From the NCBI GenBank assembly GCA_016840085.1, contig JAEOTA010000086.1:96001-160000 (forward strand): a stretch of DNA of 64,000 bases. Reading direction: 5' to 3'. Each line of letters begins with the position of its first letter. Position 1 is the first letter of the stretch. A program made the translations under genes and the position numbers. This stretch comes from Promethearchaeota archaeon (GTDB lineage: Archaea > Asgardarchaeota > Lokiarchaeia > Sigyniarchaeales > SOKP01). Shown here piece by piece: positions 9,244 to 19,608 of this stretch. The notes beneath the pieces are model-generated. The model saw only the letters and a program-made list of their open reading frames with translations, did not search any database and had not been told where the DNA came from.

Positions 9244-11970
9244 TTATTTTTGTAATACGATAGTACCATTAAATCCATTAATTTTAAAAATTTGACCTGT
9301 TTTAAAGATTTTACACGCATTTATTATGTTTGTGACAGCAGGAATACCATATTCTCGCGAAACAACAGCGCCATGCGAAAGTATTCCACCCGTTTCAGTT
9401 ATTAAACCCCCTATTTTAGAAAAAACAGGAGTCCAGCCCGGATCTGTTCTAGGTACAACTAAAATCTCTCCTTTACGTACTGTAGAAATAAAGTCGATAT
9501 CTTGAAGAATACGGATAGGACCGGTGATAATTCCTTGACTTGCAGGTATACCGTGGAATATTTTACTCTTTTTATTGTATTTCAAAACATCATTAAATTC
9601 TCGTGAACCTAAAAGGAATTTTGGGGGTATTATATTTTCATGGTTTTTAAAATGATCATATCTCTTTTTAACTTCAGATGAGATTTTTTGAATTTCTTGA
9701 TTATTATATTTACCCAATCCTAAATTCTTAATTTCATGTTTAAAGAAGAAAAAGATTTTATTTGCATCTTCAATTATTCCACGTTTCATAAATATTTTCC
9801 CTATTTCTAAATATACATTTCTATTCCTTGTAATCCATCTATCGAGGTTGAATCGCTGATTTTCCCTAAATATTATATATTTCCTACTGTTCTTTAAAAT
9901 TGTGAAAAATAACTTCCATTTTAAAAATCCAAATCGTTGTGATCTTATCTTTTTTTCCACAATTTGTTCAATTTGCTGACGTTTTTGCAAACTCTTATTT
10001 TTTATTTTTTCAAGTCCTTGCCAATGATCCAGAACTAATGATTTTAAAATATCAAATACATTTTTCATTGGTGGTTGTCTCCAGCGAGGGTAATAAGTTT
10101 CTCTTGTGAAACCCCTATCTCCATATTTCTCTAAAAATTTTTCAAATTCACTTAGAAAGTTCTTAATGGAAGGATTACTTTCTGTCAATAGAATATTATA
10201 AATACTTCTTGATTCTTGATTAATTAATATGGATTTAAGTTCCGGAGAATTATTAATAAGGGAAGCTAAATAATGAATTTGATCATTTGTTTCTGTCAGT
10301 TTATGTTTGAGTCCAGAAACTAAAATTGGATAAAATTGTTGACATTCCTCTCTACTCAGAAAACGATTAAGTAAATATTGGATTAATAAATTCATTCCAA
10401 TGTTATGTACGGGAATCCCATATCGAACTAGTCGAAAATGAGCAATCATAGTTTTATCTAAATCTTCAGCTAAATTGATAAAATCCAGTAGTCCACCAGT
10501 TTTTATAAGTTTTTTTTGTTGTATATCAAATTTTTTACAATAAACATCAAATGTCTCTTGAGTCCACTTTTCATAAGTATCTGCAGTTTTAGACATTGCT
10601 CCATCTGGGTCATGAATTTTAATTCTAAGCTCAGCAACAATTCTTCTAATTAGATGAAATGGGAGATCTTTTGTTGTTTTTTTTCCATAAGAACCAGAAC
10701 CTTCTGGAAAATAATTTAAAACGTCTTCATTACGCAAGAATTTAGGTATTTCATATTCAACTTTCCTTTTTAACACATTGAGATTGAAATAAACATGAGC
10801 ATTATATAATTTTAATAATTGAATATCCATTTGTTTGTAGCCCATTATACTGTTTAGTTCCACATTAACTACCTTAACTAATTGATCACCTAAGAGTTCA
10901 AAATATAAAGGTGTCACATTATCATTCCAATAATCATCTGAATACCCTCTGCTCCATAGTATTTCAGTTGTTTTATCATCTGCTTTTATTACAGTAATAG
11001 GTCTGGTTTGTAAGATATTAATTTTATTATCTTGGCTTAGAGCCCATTCAATGTCTTGAGGTACATTTTTAAATATCCTTTCTATTTGGAGACCCATCTT
11101 AGCAAGTTTTATAATATCACTATCAGAAAGTGAAGATTGCTGATTTAAATCATCAGACAATTTTACATAATCAATACCTCCATTAATTTCTAAAGGTTTT
11201 GGATATACTGCTAATTTCTTTCTACCAATCTGTTTGTTCAGAATACTAACTGATCCTCTCTTTAGTTTTTGAATAAAAAATTGGTCTGGACTACTTTTTC
11301 CAGATACAATCGATTCTCCCAATCCAAAATTAGACTCAATTAGTAGTTCATTATTATTGAAAGTTAATGGATTTATTGTGAATAAAACACCAGCAGATTT
11401 CGATGGTACCATTTTTTGAATAATAACGGCAATTTTGACTTTATTATGTGGTATTTTGTTTTTGTATCGGTAAATAATTGCTCGGCTTGTCCATAAAGAT
11501 GCATAACATTGCTTTATATGTTGAAGTACTTGCTCTAAATCTTTTAAATTCAAATATGTATCATATTGTCCCGCAAACGAGGCTTTTAGTAAGTCTTCTG
11601 CTGTTGCAGAGGATCTAACAGCTACTCCGTATGAGGAAAATTTTTCATAATTGATTTTTATCTCATCAATTAATTTCCGTGGAAACTGATTTTTCTCGAT
11701 TGAATTGTGGATAATGTTAGCGGAGCTTTTAATCGACTCATAATCATTATAATCAATTGATTCTAATGTTTTTTGAATATGTTCTAAAAGATTGTTGCTA
11801 TCAAGAAAAAAATCATATGCTCTAGTTTTTACAACAAAACCATTAGGTACAGAAATTTTATTTTGAATTAAAATACCAAGATTGGCAGCTTTACTACCCA
11901 CTTCCTTACTATCATGATTAACTTCTGTTAATTCAACTATTAGTGAATCTTTTTCAATCATAGGATACAT
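9244..11970 (-). CDS. PEP-utilising ATP-grasp dikinase with rifampicin-phosphotransferase-like architecture
   Basis: N-terminal PPDK_N (GSKAANL, AVRSSATAED, SFAGQYDT, DIEWA, LQTRPIT); large helical middle; C-terminal swivel His domain (GGILSHGAVVSREYGIP). Confidence 0.85.
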   Translation of the reverse strand: MYPMIEKDSLIVELTEVNHDSKEVGSKAANLGILIQNKISVPNGFVVKTRAYDFFLDSNNLLEHIQKTLESIDYNDYESIKSSANIIHNSIEKNQFPRKLIDEIKINYEKFSSYGVAVRSSATAEDLLKASFAGQYDTYLNLKDLEQVLQHIKQCYASLWTSRAIIYRYKNKIPHNKVKIAVIIQKMVPSKSAGVLFTINPLTFNNNELLIESNFGLGESIVSGKSSPDQFFIQKLKRGSVSILNKQIGRKKLAVYPKPLEINGGIDYVKLSDDLNQQSSLSDSDIIKLAKMGLQIERIFKNVPQDIEWALSQDNKINILQTRPITVIKADDKTTEILWSRGYSDDYWNDNVTPLYFELLGDQLVKVVNVELNSIMGYKQMDIQLLKLYNAHVYFNLNVLKRKVEYEIPKFLRNEDVLNYFPEGSGSYGKKTTKDLPFHLIRRIVAELRIKIHDPDGAMSKTADTYEKWTQETFDVYCKKFDIQQKKLIKTGGLLDFINLAEDLDKTMIAHFRLVRYGIPVHNIGMNLLIQYLLNRFLSREECQQFYPILVSGLKHKLTETNDQIHYLASLINNSPELKSILINQESRSIYNILLTESNPSIKNFLSEFEKFLEKYGDRGFTRETYYPRWRQPPMKNVFDILKSLVLDHWQGLEKIKNKSLQKRQQIEQIVEKKIRSQRFGFLKWKLFFTILKNSRKYIIFRENQRFNLDRWITRNRNVYLEIGKIFMKRGIIEDANKIFFFFKHEIKNLGLGKYNNQEIQKISSEVKKRYDHFKNHENIIPPKFLLGSREFNDVLKYNKKSKIFHGIPASQGIITGPIRILQDIDFISTVRKGEILVVPRTDPGWTPVFSKIGGLITETGGILSHGAVVSREYGIPAVTNIINACKIFKTGQIFKINGFNGTIVLQK

Positions 11971-12166
11971 ATAGAATTGAAAACATAATTTTAATAAATT
12001 TATAATTTTATTTTTTAATTTTAGTAAATTTAAAAATTCTCTTATTTGGCTCTAAAATTTAGTCAGAAGAAAAACGATTAATGTAATTTTTTCTAATTTA
12101 GAAAAATTTATAGTTTATCGTAGGTTTTTATAAGACATTAATAATTCAATACTATTTTTGATTAAA

Positions 12167-12454
12167 ATGGGTAAAACTAAGAAAGTAGGAGTTACTGGCA
12201 CATTCGGTGCACGCTATGGAAGTACATTACGTAAGAGAACTCGATTAATTTTAGAAAAAATGAAGGGAAAAATTAAATGCCCTAGGTGTGAAACTAGAGG
12301 ATCTGTTCATCGAGTATCAACTGGTATTTGGTATTGTAGAAAATGTAATGCTCGATTTACTGGTGGTGCTTATTTCATAGAAACAGCTCGAGGTGCTGAA
12401 TCCTTTAGGGTTGCAAAACGTAAGCAAAGAGAATTGGAAATTACTGAAGAATAA
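12167..12454 (+). CDS. rpl37ae: 50S ribosomal protein L37Ae (eL43)
   Basis: FGARYGSTLRK, CPRC, GIWYCRKC, FTGGAY. Confidence 0.96.
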   Translation: MGKTKKVGVTGTFGARYGSTLRKRTRLILEKMKGKIKCPRCETRGSVHRVSTGIWYCRKCNARFTGGAYFIETARGAESFRVAKRKQRELEITEE

Positions 12455-12726
12455 TGAGTCATAAAAGCTTTTTTTCAATAAAATCAACAATAGAATTAAT
12501 ATTTAATGATCCCTCAAGTCGAGATATTTCATATAACTCTTTCATTCCAGAAATTAAGAAATTACAAACCAAACGTTCAAACCTTTCAATCGAAAAAAAA
12601 AATACTACTTCCTTATTTTTTAAGATTGAGAGTAATGATATTACAGCATTTAGAGCTTCTATAAATGAAATTACTTGTTTTGGGAAAATAATTGAAAATA
12701 CATTGAAAATAACTAATAAATCATAG
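12454..12726 (+). CDS. pcc1: KEOPS subunit Pcc1
   Basis: PE...RS...IESNDITAFRASIN motif; conserved position between L37Ae and prefoldin beta. Confidence 0.8.
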   Translation: MSHKSFFSIKSTIELIFNDPSSRDISYNSFIPEIKKLQTKRSNLSIEKKNTTSLFFKIESNDITAFRASINEITCFGKIIENTLKITNKS

Positions 12727-12785
12727 GAAAAAGATTTATTATTTATTACATAAAATAAAATATAGAAAAGCAAAGGTAAGTAATT

Positions 12786-13148
12786 ATGACGATAAATCTA
12801 GACGATTTAGACGAGGAGCAGAAAAAGAAAATATTGAATCTCCAAAATCTTCAGCAAACATATGAATTTATAACAACTCAAAAACTACAATTGGAATCTA
12901 CACTTAGAGAAACAGAATTAGCTATAGAAGAATTAGAAAAAATAAATCCAGACAATACAGTATATAAGAGTATTGGAGGAATACTAGTTAGAAGTGAAAA
13001 GAACAAATTATTAGATGAGAAAAAGAGTTTAAAAGTAACATTAGAAATGCGGCTAAAAACTTTAGACCAAAAGAAAGCAAGAATAGAAAATCAAATTACT
13101 ACATTACGAAATTCGATACAAGCTGATTTTCAAAATAAGAATCTTTAA
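12786..13148 (+). CDS. pfdB: Prefoldin beta subunit
   Basis: Coiled coils flanking a VYKSIGGILV hairpin. Confidence 0.92.
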   Translation: MTINLDDLDEEQKKKILNLQNLQQTYEFITTQKLQLESTLRETELAIEELEKINPDNTVYKSIGGILVRSEKNKLLDEKKSLKVTLEMRLKTLDQKKARIENQITTLRNSIQADFQNKNL

Positions 13149-13155
13149 TAGATTT

Positions 13156-14175
13156 ATGTTAAAAATTAAATTTAAAAATTTATTAACTTTTTTGAAGAAT
13201 AAAAGAATTTTAATTACTACACATAATCTAGTAGATATTGATGGATTTGTTTCGTGTTTTGCTTTAAAATTTTTCTTAATTCAATATTATAAAAACCAAA
13301 ATATATCTATTTATTTTCCAGAACTTCTAAAGTCAACTAAGAATTTTATAAATAACTTTAGTGAAAAATTCCCTAAATTTAAGTTTAAAACTAAAACCCA
13401 TTTAGATTTTTCTAAATTTGATGTATGTCTAATATTAGACACTAATAATCTTAGCCAATTAAAATTTGAAAACGATATAAATATTTCTCCACTCGAAATT
13501 CCTTATATTTTTATAGATCACCATTATCCAAACCTTAAAGCCGATGCTCAAAATTTAGAATCATTGAATTTAGTATTTGATAACTTTTCTTCCACATCAG
13601 AAATTATATTGACCTTATTTAAATACTATCAGCAAGATCTAATTCTCCCTTACAGAATTCTATTTATAGCTGCAATTCTAGCTGATTCTGGATTTTTTAA
13701 ATATGGAAATAATGAAACCATTAATAATGTGAGTGAGTTATTAGACGAAGATTTAGATATTCAAGAAATTCGATCACTACTTAAAGAAGATATCGAGATT
13801 TCAGAAAAGATTGCCAAAATAAAAGGATTACAGCGTGTAAAATTAATTCGTGAAGGAGATTATTTAATTGGAATTAGTAATGTTAGTAGTTTTGGAGCAA
13901 GTGTAGCATCTATGTTAATAGCTTGTGGCGTTGATATAAGCTTAGTCTATTCAAAAGCCAATACAGAATATAGGATTAATGCAAGAGCTAAAAAAGTAGT
14001 TTGTTTACAAACTGGAATACATTTAGGAAAAATTTTAAAAGAAATATCTGATAACTGCGAGGGAAATGGTGGTGGACACGATGGAGCAGCGTCTTTATCG
14101 TTTAATGCGGAATTTGATATAATTCTTGATAGAATTATTGAAAAAATAAAAGAATTTTTATCACCTAAGTTTTAA
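13156..14175 (+). CDS. DHH/DHHA1 family phosphoesterase
   Basis: HxxxDxDG, LDT, IDHH, GGGHDGAA motifs. Confidence 0.9.
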   Translation: MLKIKFKNLLTFLKNKRILITTHNLVDIDGFVSCFALKFFLIQYYKNQNISIYFPELLKSTKNFINNFSEKFPKFKFKTKTHLDFSKFDVCLILDTNNLSQLKFENDINISPLEIPYIFIDHHYPNLKADAQNLESLNLVFDNFSSTSEIILTLFKYYQQDLILPYRILFIAAILADSGFFKYGNNETINNVSELLDEDLDIQEIRSLLKEDIEISEKIAKIKGLQRVKLIREGDYLIGISNVSSFGASVASMLIACGVDISLVYSKANTEYRINARAKKVVCLQTGIHLGKILKEISDNCEGNGGGHDGAASLSFNAEFDIILDRIIEKIKEFLSPKF

Positions 14176-14226
14176 ATAACTAAAGATTATAATAAAGCAA
14201 TACTCTATTACTAAAAATAAATATAC

Positions 14227-15075
14227 ATGAATTTAATAAAATTCAATAACTTTTTTTTTCGTTATAAAGGAAATGAAGATTATGCCTTAAATAATATTAA
14301 TTTAAAAATAGGAGATAATAAATTTATATTACTCTGCGGAGAAACAGGATCAGGTAAAACCACATTAATTAGATGCATGAATGGTTTGATCCCACAATTT
14401 TATTCTGGTTTTTATAAAGGTAAAGTTGAAATTAATGGTAAAGATACCACTGAAACTTCAATAGCAAATTTATCAACTGAAGTTGGAATTGTATTTCAGA
14501 ATCCAGAAAACCAATTAATTGCAATGAATGTAGAACATGAAATCGCATTTGGATTAGAAAATTTAGGAATACCGCCTAATGAAATCTCTCGAAGAATAAA
14601 AGAAAGTGCATCTTTAACTGAAATTGAACATATTTTGGATAAGGCACCCTTTGAATTGAGTGGAGGTGAACAACAGCGAGTTGCGATTGCATCAATCTTG
14701 GTTTTAGAACCAAAATTACTAATATTAGATGAACCAACAGCTTTATTGGACCCCTATATGGCAAAAAAAATCATTAATTTATTAACTGAAATAAAGATAG
14801 AAAAAAAGATAACAATTTTAATTAGTGAACATCGATTGGATTTAATTCTCCCTTTTACTGAACAAATGATTTTAATGAAAGGTGGATATGTAATTGAGCA
14901 TGATATTCGTGAAAAAATCCTTAACGGAGATAATTTTAAAAATCTTAATTTGAATAAACCTGTTATTTATGCTATATTTAATAAATTAAGAATAGATGGC
15001 ATATTTCATGGGAAAATACCTGCCTCTATTCCAGATGCAATAAATTCTTTAAAACAGTTAAAATTAGGTGAATAA
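14227..15075 (+). CDS. ecfA: ECF transporter ATPase A
   Basis: GETGSGKT, FQNPENQ, LSGGEQQR, LDEPT. Confidence 0.9.
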   Translation: MNLIKFNNFFFRYKGNEDYALNNINLKIGDNKFILLCGETGSGKTTLIRCMNGLIPQFYSGFYKGKVEINGKDTTETSIANLSTEVGIVFQNPENQLIAMNVEHEIAFGLENLGIPPNEISRRIKESASLTEIEHILDKAPFELSGGEQQRVAIASILVLEPKLLILDEPTALLDPYMAKKIINLLTEIKIEKKITILISEHRLDLILPFTEQMILMKGGYVIEHDIREKILNGDNFKNLNLNKPVIYAIFNKLRIDGIFHGKIPASIPDAINSLKQLKLGE

Positions 15076-15076
15076 A

Positions 15077-15943
15077 ATGCTAGAAAGGTTACCTTTGATT
15101 ATCATTAAAGATTTATCCTACACATATCCTGATGGTACTCAAGCTTTGAAAAAAATCAATATAAGTATTAGGAGAGGGGAATCAATCGCAATAATGGGAA
15201 AAAATGGAGCAGGTAAGACAACCCTCATTCGTACGTTAAATGGATTAATAAGACCAACACGAGGGAATATCTATATTGCCAAAAAGAATATTAATTCAAG
15301 TAGTATAGCAACATTATCTAAAAATATAGGGATTATTTTTCAAAATCCATACCATCAACTTTTTGCGAATTCAGTAGAAGAAGAAATTAGTTTTTCTTTA
15401 AAAAGTTTAAACTTAAGTAAAGATACAATACAACGAAAAACAAATGAAGTTTTAAAAAATTTTGATCTTGAGAAATATCGAGAAAGATCACCTTTAAATT
15501 TATCAGGAGGAGAATCAAAAAAATTAGCTATAGCATCAATAGTATGCCGAGATCCAGGAATTTTAATATTTGATGAACCTACTCTTGGTCAAGATGCTAA
15601 AGAAATTGAATTTTTTATCAATTTAATCAATAACGAAAGGAAAAAAAGTAAGACTATAATAATTATAACTCATAATATTGAGTTTACTTTTAAATACATA
15701 CCAAGAACAATATTAATGGCTGATGGGAAAATCATAGCTGATGGACCTACAAAAAAAGTACTTAACAGTGAATTTCTTGTTGAGAAAGCATCATTAATTT
15801 TACCACAAACGCATCAATTTTGTTTAGCTTTACGACAAATAGGGATTCAGGATATAAGAGATGATATTTCAGAGAACGATATTATTAATTATTTAAAGAA
15901 ATTTTTAAAAGAGAAATCTATAAGCATTAAGGAGGAGGAATAA
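15077..15943 (+). CDS. ECF transporter ATPase A'
   Basis: GKNGAGKT, FQNPYHQ, LSGGE, FDEPT; ATG 5 nt after GGTGA. Confidence 0.9.
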   Translation: MLERLPLIIIKDLSYTYPDGTQALKKINISIRRGESIAIMGKNGAGKTTLIRTLNGLIRPTRGNIYIAKKNINSSSIATLSKNIGIIFQNPYHQLFANSVEEEISFSLKSLNLSKDTIQRKTNEVLKNFDLEKYRERSPLNLSGGESKKLAIASIVCRDPGILIFDEPTLGQDAKEIEFFINLINNERKKSKTIIIITHNIEFTFKYIPRTILMADGKIIADGPTKKVLNSEFLVEKASLILPQTHQFCLALRQIGIQDIRDDISENDIINYLKKFLKEKSISIKEEE

Positions 15944-15948
15944 AAAAA

Positions 15949-16716
15949 ATGTCATTAGAATTCCTTAACGCCTTTAAATTTATGAAAAAACAATCTTTTC
16001 TGCATAAAGTTGACCCAAGAACTAAATTAATATTAGCAATAGTATATACTATCAGTGCGTTATTATTCAATAAAATTATTCCTCTACTTTTTATCTTTTT
16101 AAGCTTAATTCCAATAGTGTTACTTGGAAAATTATTTAAAGAATGGATTAAAAGTATACGCGGTTTATCATTTTTAATTCTTTTTATAATTATGTTGAAT
16201 ACTCTTTTTTTATCTTTATCATTTGCTGTAGCAATGATATTACGTATATGTATTATGGTTTCTGCGTTCTCAATATTTTTTCTGACTGTAGATCCTAATG
16301 ATTTAGCCCTTTCTTTGATTTCAATGAAAATTCGTTATGAGTTTGCCTTTGCTTTTTCATTAGCTTTTCGATTTGTACCCACAATAGCATTAGAAGCTCA
16401 AAATATTATTGATGCTCAACAAAGTAGAGGTTATGAAATGCAAAAAAAAGGCATTATTAAGCAAATTAAAAATCTTTTTCCTTTATTAATTCCACTAATA
16501 ATCTGCTCAATTAAAAGAGCATTTAATGTAGCAGAAGCACTCGAATCTAGAGCATTTGGAAGTAAAAAACAACGATCTTATTATTATTCTATTCACTATT
16601 CACTTAGGGATTGGTTGTTTACAATATATTTGTTATTATTTTTAACATTTTTAATTATAATCAAAGTACAATTTTCTATTTTGCCAGAATTTTTAAATTG
16701 GAGATTGCCTGTTTGA
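15949..16716 (+). CDS. ecfT: ECF transporter transmembrane component T
   Basis: DPRTK, RFVP, QSRG and ESRA coupling-helix motifs. Confidence 0.9.
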   Translation: MSLEFLNAFKFMKKQSFLHKVDPRTKLILAIVYTISALLFNKIIPLLFIFLSLIPIVLLGKLFKEWIKSIRGLSFLILFIIMLNTLFLSLSFAVAMILRICIMVSAFSIFFLTVDPNDLALSLISMKIRYEFAFAFSLAFRFVPTIALEAQNIIDAQQSRGYEMQKKGIIKQIKNLFPLLIPLIICSIKRAFNVAEALESRAFGSKKQRSYYYSIHYSLRDWLFTIYLLLFLTFLIIIKVQFSILPEFLNWRLPV

Positions 16717-17417
16717 TAATAAAAAAATTCAATATCAAAGAAATTAGCTTAGAATATTTTGTAGGAATTAGTCAAATTAAATTCAATTTTAGTCAATTTC
16801 TACAATTATTCACAATAGATAATGAAGAGGAAGCCTTAAAACATCTTTTTCAATTAACACAAGAACTCCAAAATAGGAATAAGGGTTCAATGATCCAATT
16901 TATTAAAGATAAGTATCTTTTAAATGAAAATCATCTTTTTACAGCCTGTTATTATATGCAAAAAGCTTTCTATTATAATACTAACATTTCAAACAAAAAA
17001 AATATTGAATTTTTATTATACTTATCAGCAAATCGTCAAATCAGTAAAGGAATTGAGACCTTTGGCATAAATTTTAAGGATCTAAGGAAGGGAAATTTAT
17101 TATTTTGTATTATTTCACAATCTAATACTATTAGTAAAATAAATTCAGAAATATTAAGTATACTTAAAGTAAATGAAATAGAACGTGCGATAAACTCATT
17201 ATCAAATGAAAAGATAACTGTGATCAAAGAATACTATGGTATTTCTGATAATCAAATTTTCTCTATTTTAAATTCTTATGGGGTTAAATTAGTTGATAAT
17301 CAAATATCTAATATTGATTTAGATTCAATTTCTTTAGCGTTATACGATTTAATATGTGAAAAGATGGCTCTCTTGAATTTAGAAAAAATAAAAATTAGAT
17401 TAGCAAGATTCTTTTAA
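16713..17417 (+). CDS. cgi121: KEOPS subunit Cgi121-like
   Basis: EFLLYLSANRQISKGIETFGI and C-terminal EKMALL; TTG start overlapping the ecfT stop (TTGA). Confidence 0.8.
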   Translation: MIIKKFNIKEISLEYFVGISQIKFNFSQFLQLFTIDNEEEALKHLFQLTQELQNRNKGSMIQFIKDKYLLNENHLFTACYYMQKAFYYNTNISNKKNIEFLLYLSANRQISKGIETFGINFKDLRKGNLLFCIISQSNTISKINSEILSILKVNEIERAINSLSNEKITVIKEYYGISDNQIFSILNSYGVKLVDNQISNIDLDSISLALYDLICEKMALLNLEKIKIRLARFF

Positions 17418-17947
17418 TTATTTACCTTAATAATTCCGTTTTTTTTAATAAAAGATATACCACTAAAATTTCCTAAAATTTCTATCCTAATAATTTTATC
17501 AGGGTTTTCAAGCATAACTTTATTACTTAATAGTTCAGCAATTTGTTCAATAAGATGATTTCTTTCTATTTTCTCGTGTTTCCTCCGTTTTAATACTATT
17601 TTATACGTTTCTTCATCTTTAATGAAATCTTTATAGTGTTCCTTTATTAGTTTAACTATAAGTTTTGTATTACTTTCACATACAAAATCAATAGGAATTA
17701 CTTTAAGAATAAATTGAAAAAAGTTAGGATCTTTTTCTATTATTTTTTTAATTTTTCTTATAATTTTTTTCGCATCAATACTAGTTAATGCTGCTATCAA
17801 GCCTGAATGAGTTAATCTTGATATTATTGGATAATTATCGCCACATATTAATGAAGTAAACCATAATTCTGATTTTGCATTTGTTTCATTATATCGAGAA
17901 GTTGAGATTAATAGATTAAAATTCTTCGTATATATCACTCTTTTCAT
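17414..17947 (-). CDS. THUMP-domain RNA-binding protein
   Basis: KVIPID, TYKIVLKRR, VMLENPDKIIRIEILG; TAATG coupling with the upstream Sua5 stop. Confidence 0.85.
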   Translation of the reverse strand: MKRVIYTKNFNLLISTSRYNETNAKSELWFTSLICGDNYPIISRLTHSGLIAALTSIDAKKIIRKIKKIIEKDPNFFQFILKVIPIDFVCESNTKLIVKLIKEHYKDFIKDEETYKIVLKRRKHEKIERNHLIEQIAELLSNKVMLENPDKIIRIEILGNFSGISFIKKNGIIKVNN

Positions 17948-18603
17948 TATGATAAAAATTCCATAATTTCTTCTTCTGAAATTTTCCCAATTCGTAAAAA
18001 CTTTATCATTTGAGATGTGCAATCAACAATAGTAGTCGCAAGTCTTGATTTTGACTTACCACCATCAATAATTAAATCTATAGGACTTAATATCTTTTTA
18101 GTTACTTCTTCTCCACTTATAGAAGGAGTTTCTCCTGAATAATTTGCTGATGTACCAATTAACCCCCCAAAATGCTTTCTTTCCTTTAAAATCTTTAATA
18201 TATTTAAAAGGATTTCATTCTCAGGAACTCGTAAGCCTATTGTATTTTGAAAAGCGGTTACTTCTGGAGGTAGGATATTAGGCTCCTTTTTTTTTAATAT
18301 TAAAGTTAATTGACCTGGCCAATAATGATTTACCAATTTTTGGGCTATATCATTAAATTCAGCAATTTTAGTTGCTTCCTCAAAATCAGAAATTAATAAT
18401 AGAAATCCTTTCGTTCGATCCCTAAATTTAATATCATATATTCTGTTAATAACATTTAGATCTAATGGATTCCCTCCAATTCCATAAACTGAATTGGTAG
18501 GAAAGGCAATTACTTTACCTTCAATTATATTATCAACAGCAATATCAAGATAAAGCTTAATATCTTTTATATTTTTGCCAGCCAGCTTTATTAAAAATCC
18601 CAT
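17947..18603 (-). CDS. Threonylcarbamoyl-AMP synthase (Sua5/YrdC/TsaC family, short form)
   Basis: AFPTNSVYGIG, IKFR, WPGQLTLI, GLRVP, TSANYSG. Confidence 0.92.
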   Translation of the reverse strand: MGFLIKLAGKNIKDIKLYLDIAVDNIIEGKVIAFPTNSVYGIGGNPLDLNVINRIYDIKFRDRTKGFLLLISDFEEATKIAEFNDIAQKLVNHYWPGQLTLILKKKEPNILPPEVTAFQNTIGLRVPENEILLNILKILKERKHFGGLIGTSANYSGETPSISGEEVTKKILSPIDLIIDGGKSKSRLATTIVDCTSQMIKFLRIGKISEEEIMEFLS

Positions 18604-18663
18604 TTAAAATCTATTAGAATTTAATATTAATAATAAAAATTGAGCATAGAATAAATATAAATA

Positions 18664-19605
18664 TTATTTCGTGTATTGTTCTTGACAGCTTAATTCAACA
18701 GTTATGCGTTTCCAATTATGATCTAGTCTTTCTTGAAGTTCTATTAAATCTTTTTCAGAAATTTTTGAAAACCTCTTTTGTTTGGATAGGTAATCAACCA
18801 GAGGTGTTCTTTTCGTTGGATCTAATAATGATTTACTCTTTTTAGACAATCTCATAATACCATTTTCAATTTCAAACAATATCCATGAGCCTGTTTTTAC
18901 TGCTAATCGCGCTATTTCAATTGTTTCTTCTGAACCAAAACCCCACCCTGGTGCGCATGGCGCTAAAATATGGATATATTTACAACCCTTAATTGATTTA
19001 GCCTTCATAAATTTATCAAATAAATCAAGTGGCTCACTTATACTGCAAGTTGCAACATAAGGGATATCATGGGCAGCTAAAATTGCTGGAAGATTTTTTT
19101 TGTATCTTTCTTTCCCTTTTGTAGTTGTAGTAGTGATTGCGCCATGAGGAGTAGATGATGATCTCTGAATCCCTGTATTCATATAAGCTTCGTTATCATA
19201 ACATACATAAAGTATATTACTATTTCGCTCTGCGGCGCCTGAAAGGCCTTGAATTCCTATATCTGCTGTTCCTCCATCACCCGCAAATACCAATGCTGTT
19301 ATCTCATCCCATCCTTTATCAGGATATTTATATGCTTTGGCTTTAAAAGCGGCTTCCATACCCGTAGCAGCAGCAGCAGCAGCAGCAAATGCCATATTCG
19401 TAAAAGGAAAATTAGGTGCTGTTTTAGGCCATAAACCAATAACAACATTTAAACATGAAGCAGGGGTTACTAATGCTGTATTAGGTCCTAATGCTTTCAT
19501 TGCCCACCTAAGGGCTATCTCAAGACCACATCCGGCACAACAAGAATTTCCTGCAAGAAAATATTCTTCTTGGCATGATTCTAATACTTCTTTTAATTTA
19601 ACCAC
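18664..19605 (-). CDS. porB: Pyruvate/2-oxoacid:ferredoxin oxidoreductase beta subunit
   Basis: CAGCG, GDGGTADIG, YDNEAYMNTGIQRS TPP-binding motif. Confidence 0.92.
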   Translation of the reverse strand: MVKLKEVLESCQEEYFLAGNSCCAGCGLEIALRWAMKALGPNTALVTPASCLNVVIGLWPKTAPNFPFTNMAFAAAAAAATGMEAAFKAKAYKYPDKGWDEITALVFAGDGGTADIGIQGLSGAAERNSNILYVCYDNEAYMNTGIQRSSSTPHGAITTTTTKGKERYKKNLPAILAAHDIPYVATCSISEPLDLFDKFMKAKSIKGCKYIHILAPCAPGWGFGSEETIEIARLAVKTGSWILFEIENGIMRLSKKSKSLLDPTKRTPLVDYLSKQKRFSKISEKDLIELQERLDHNWKRITVELSCQEQYTK

Positions 19606-19608
19606 TTT

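Noticed and set aside
9244-11970. Calling it PEP synthase (ppsA) or a rifampicin resistance gene
   Set aside because: It lacks the C-terminal PEP/pyruvate TIM barrel of PpsA; the architecture is RPH-like but the substrate cannot be inferred.
16611-16712. N-terminal extension of Cgi121 (and likewise 17948-18022 for the THUMP gene)
   Set aside because: They overlap neighbouring genes extensively; the coupled starts at 16713 (TTGA) and 17947 (TAATG) are more plausible.
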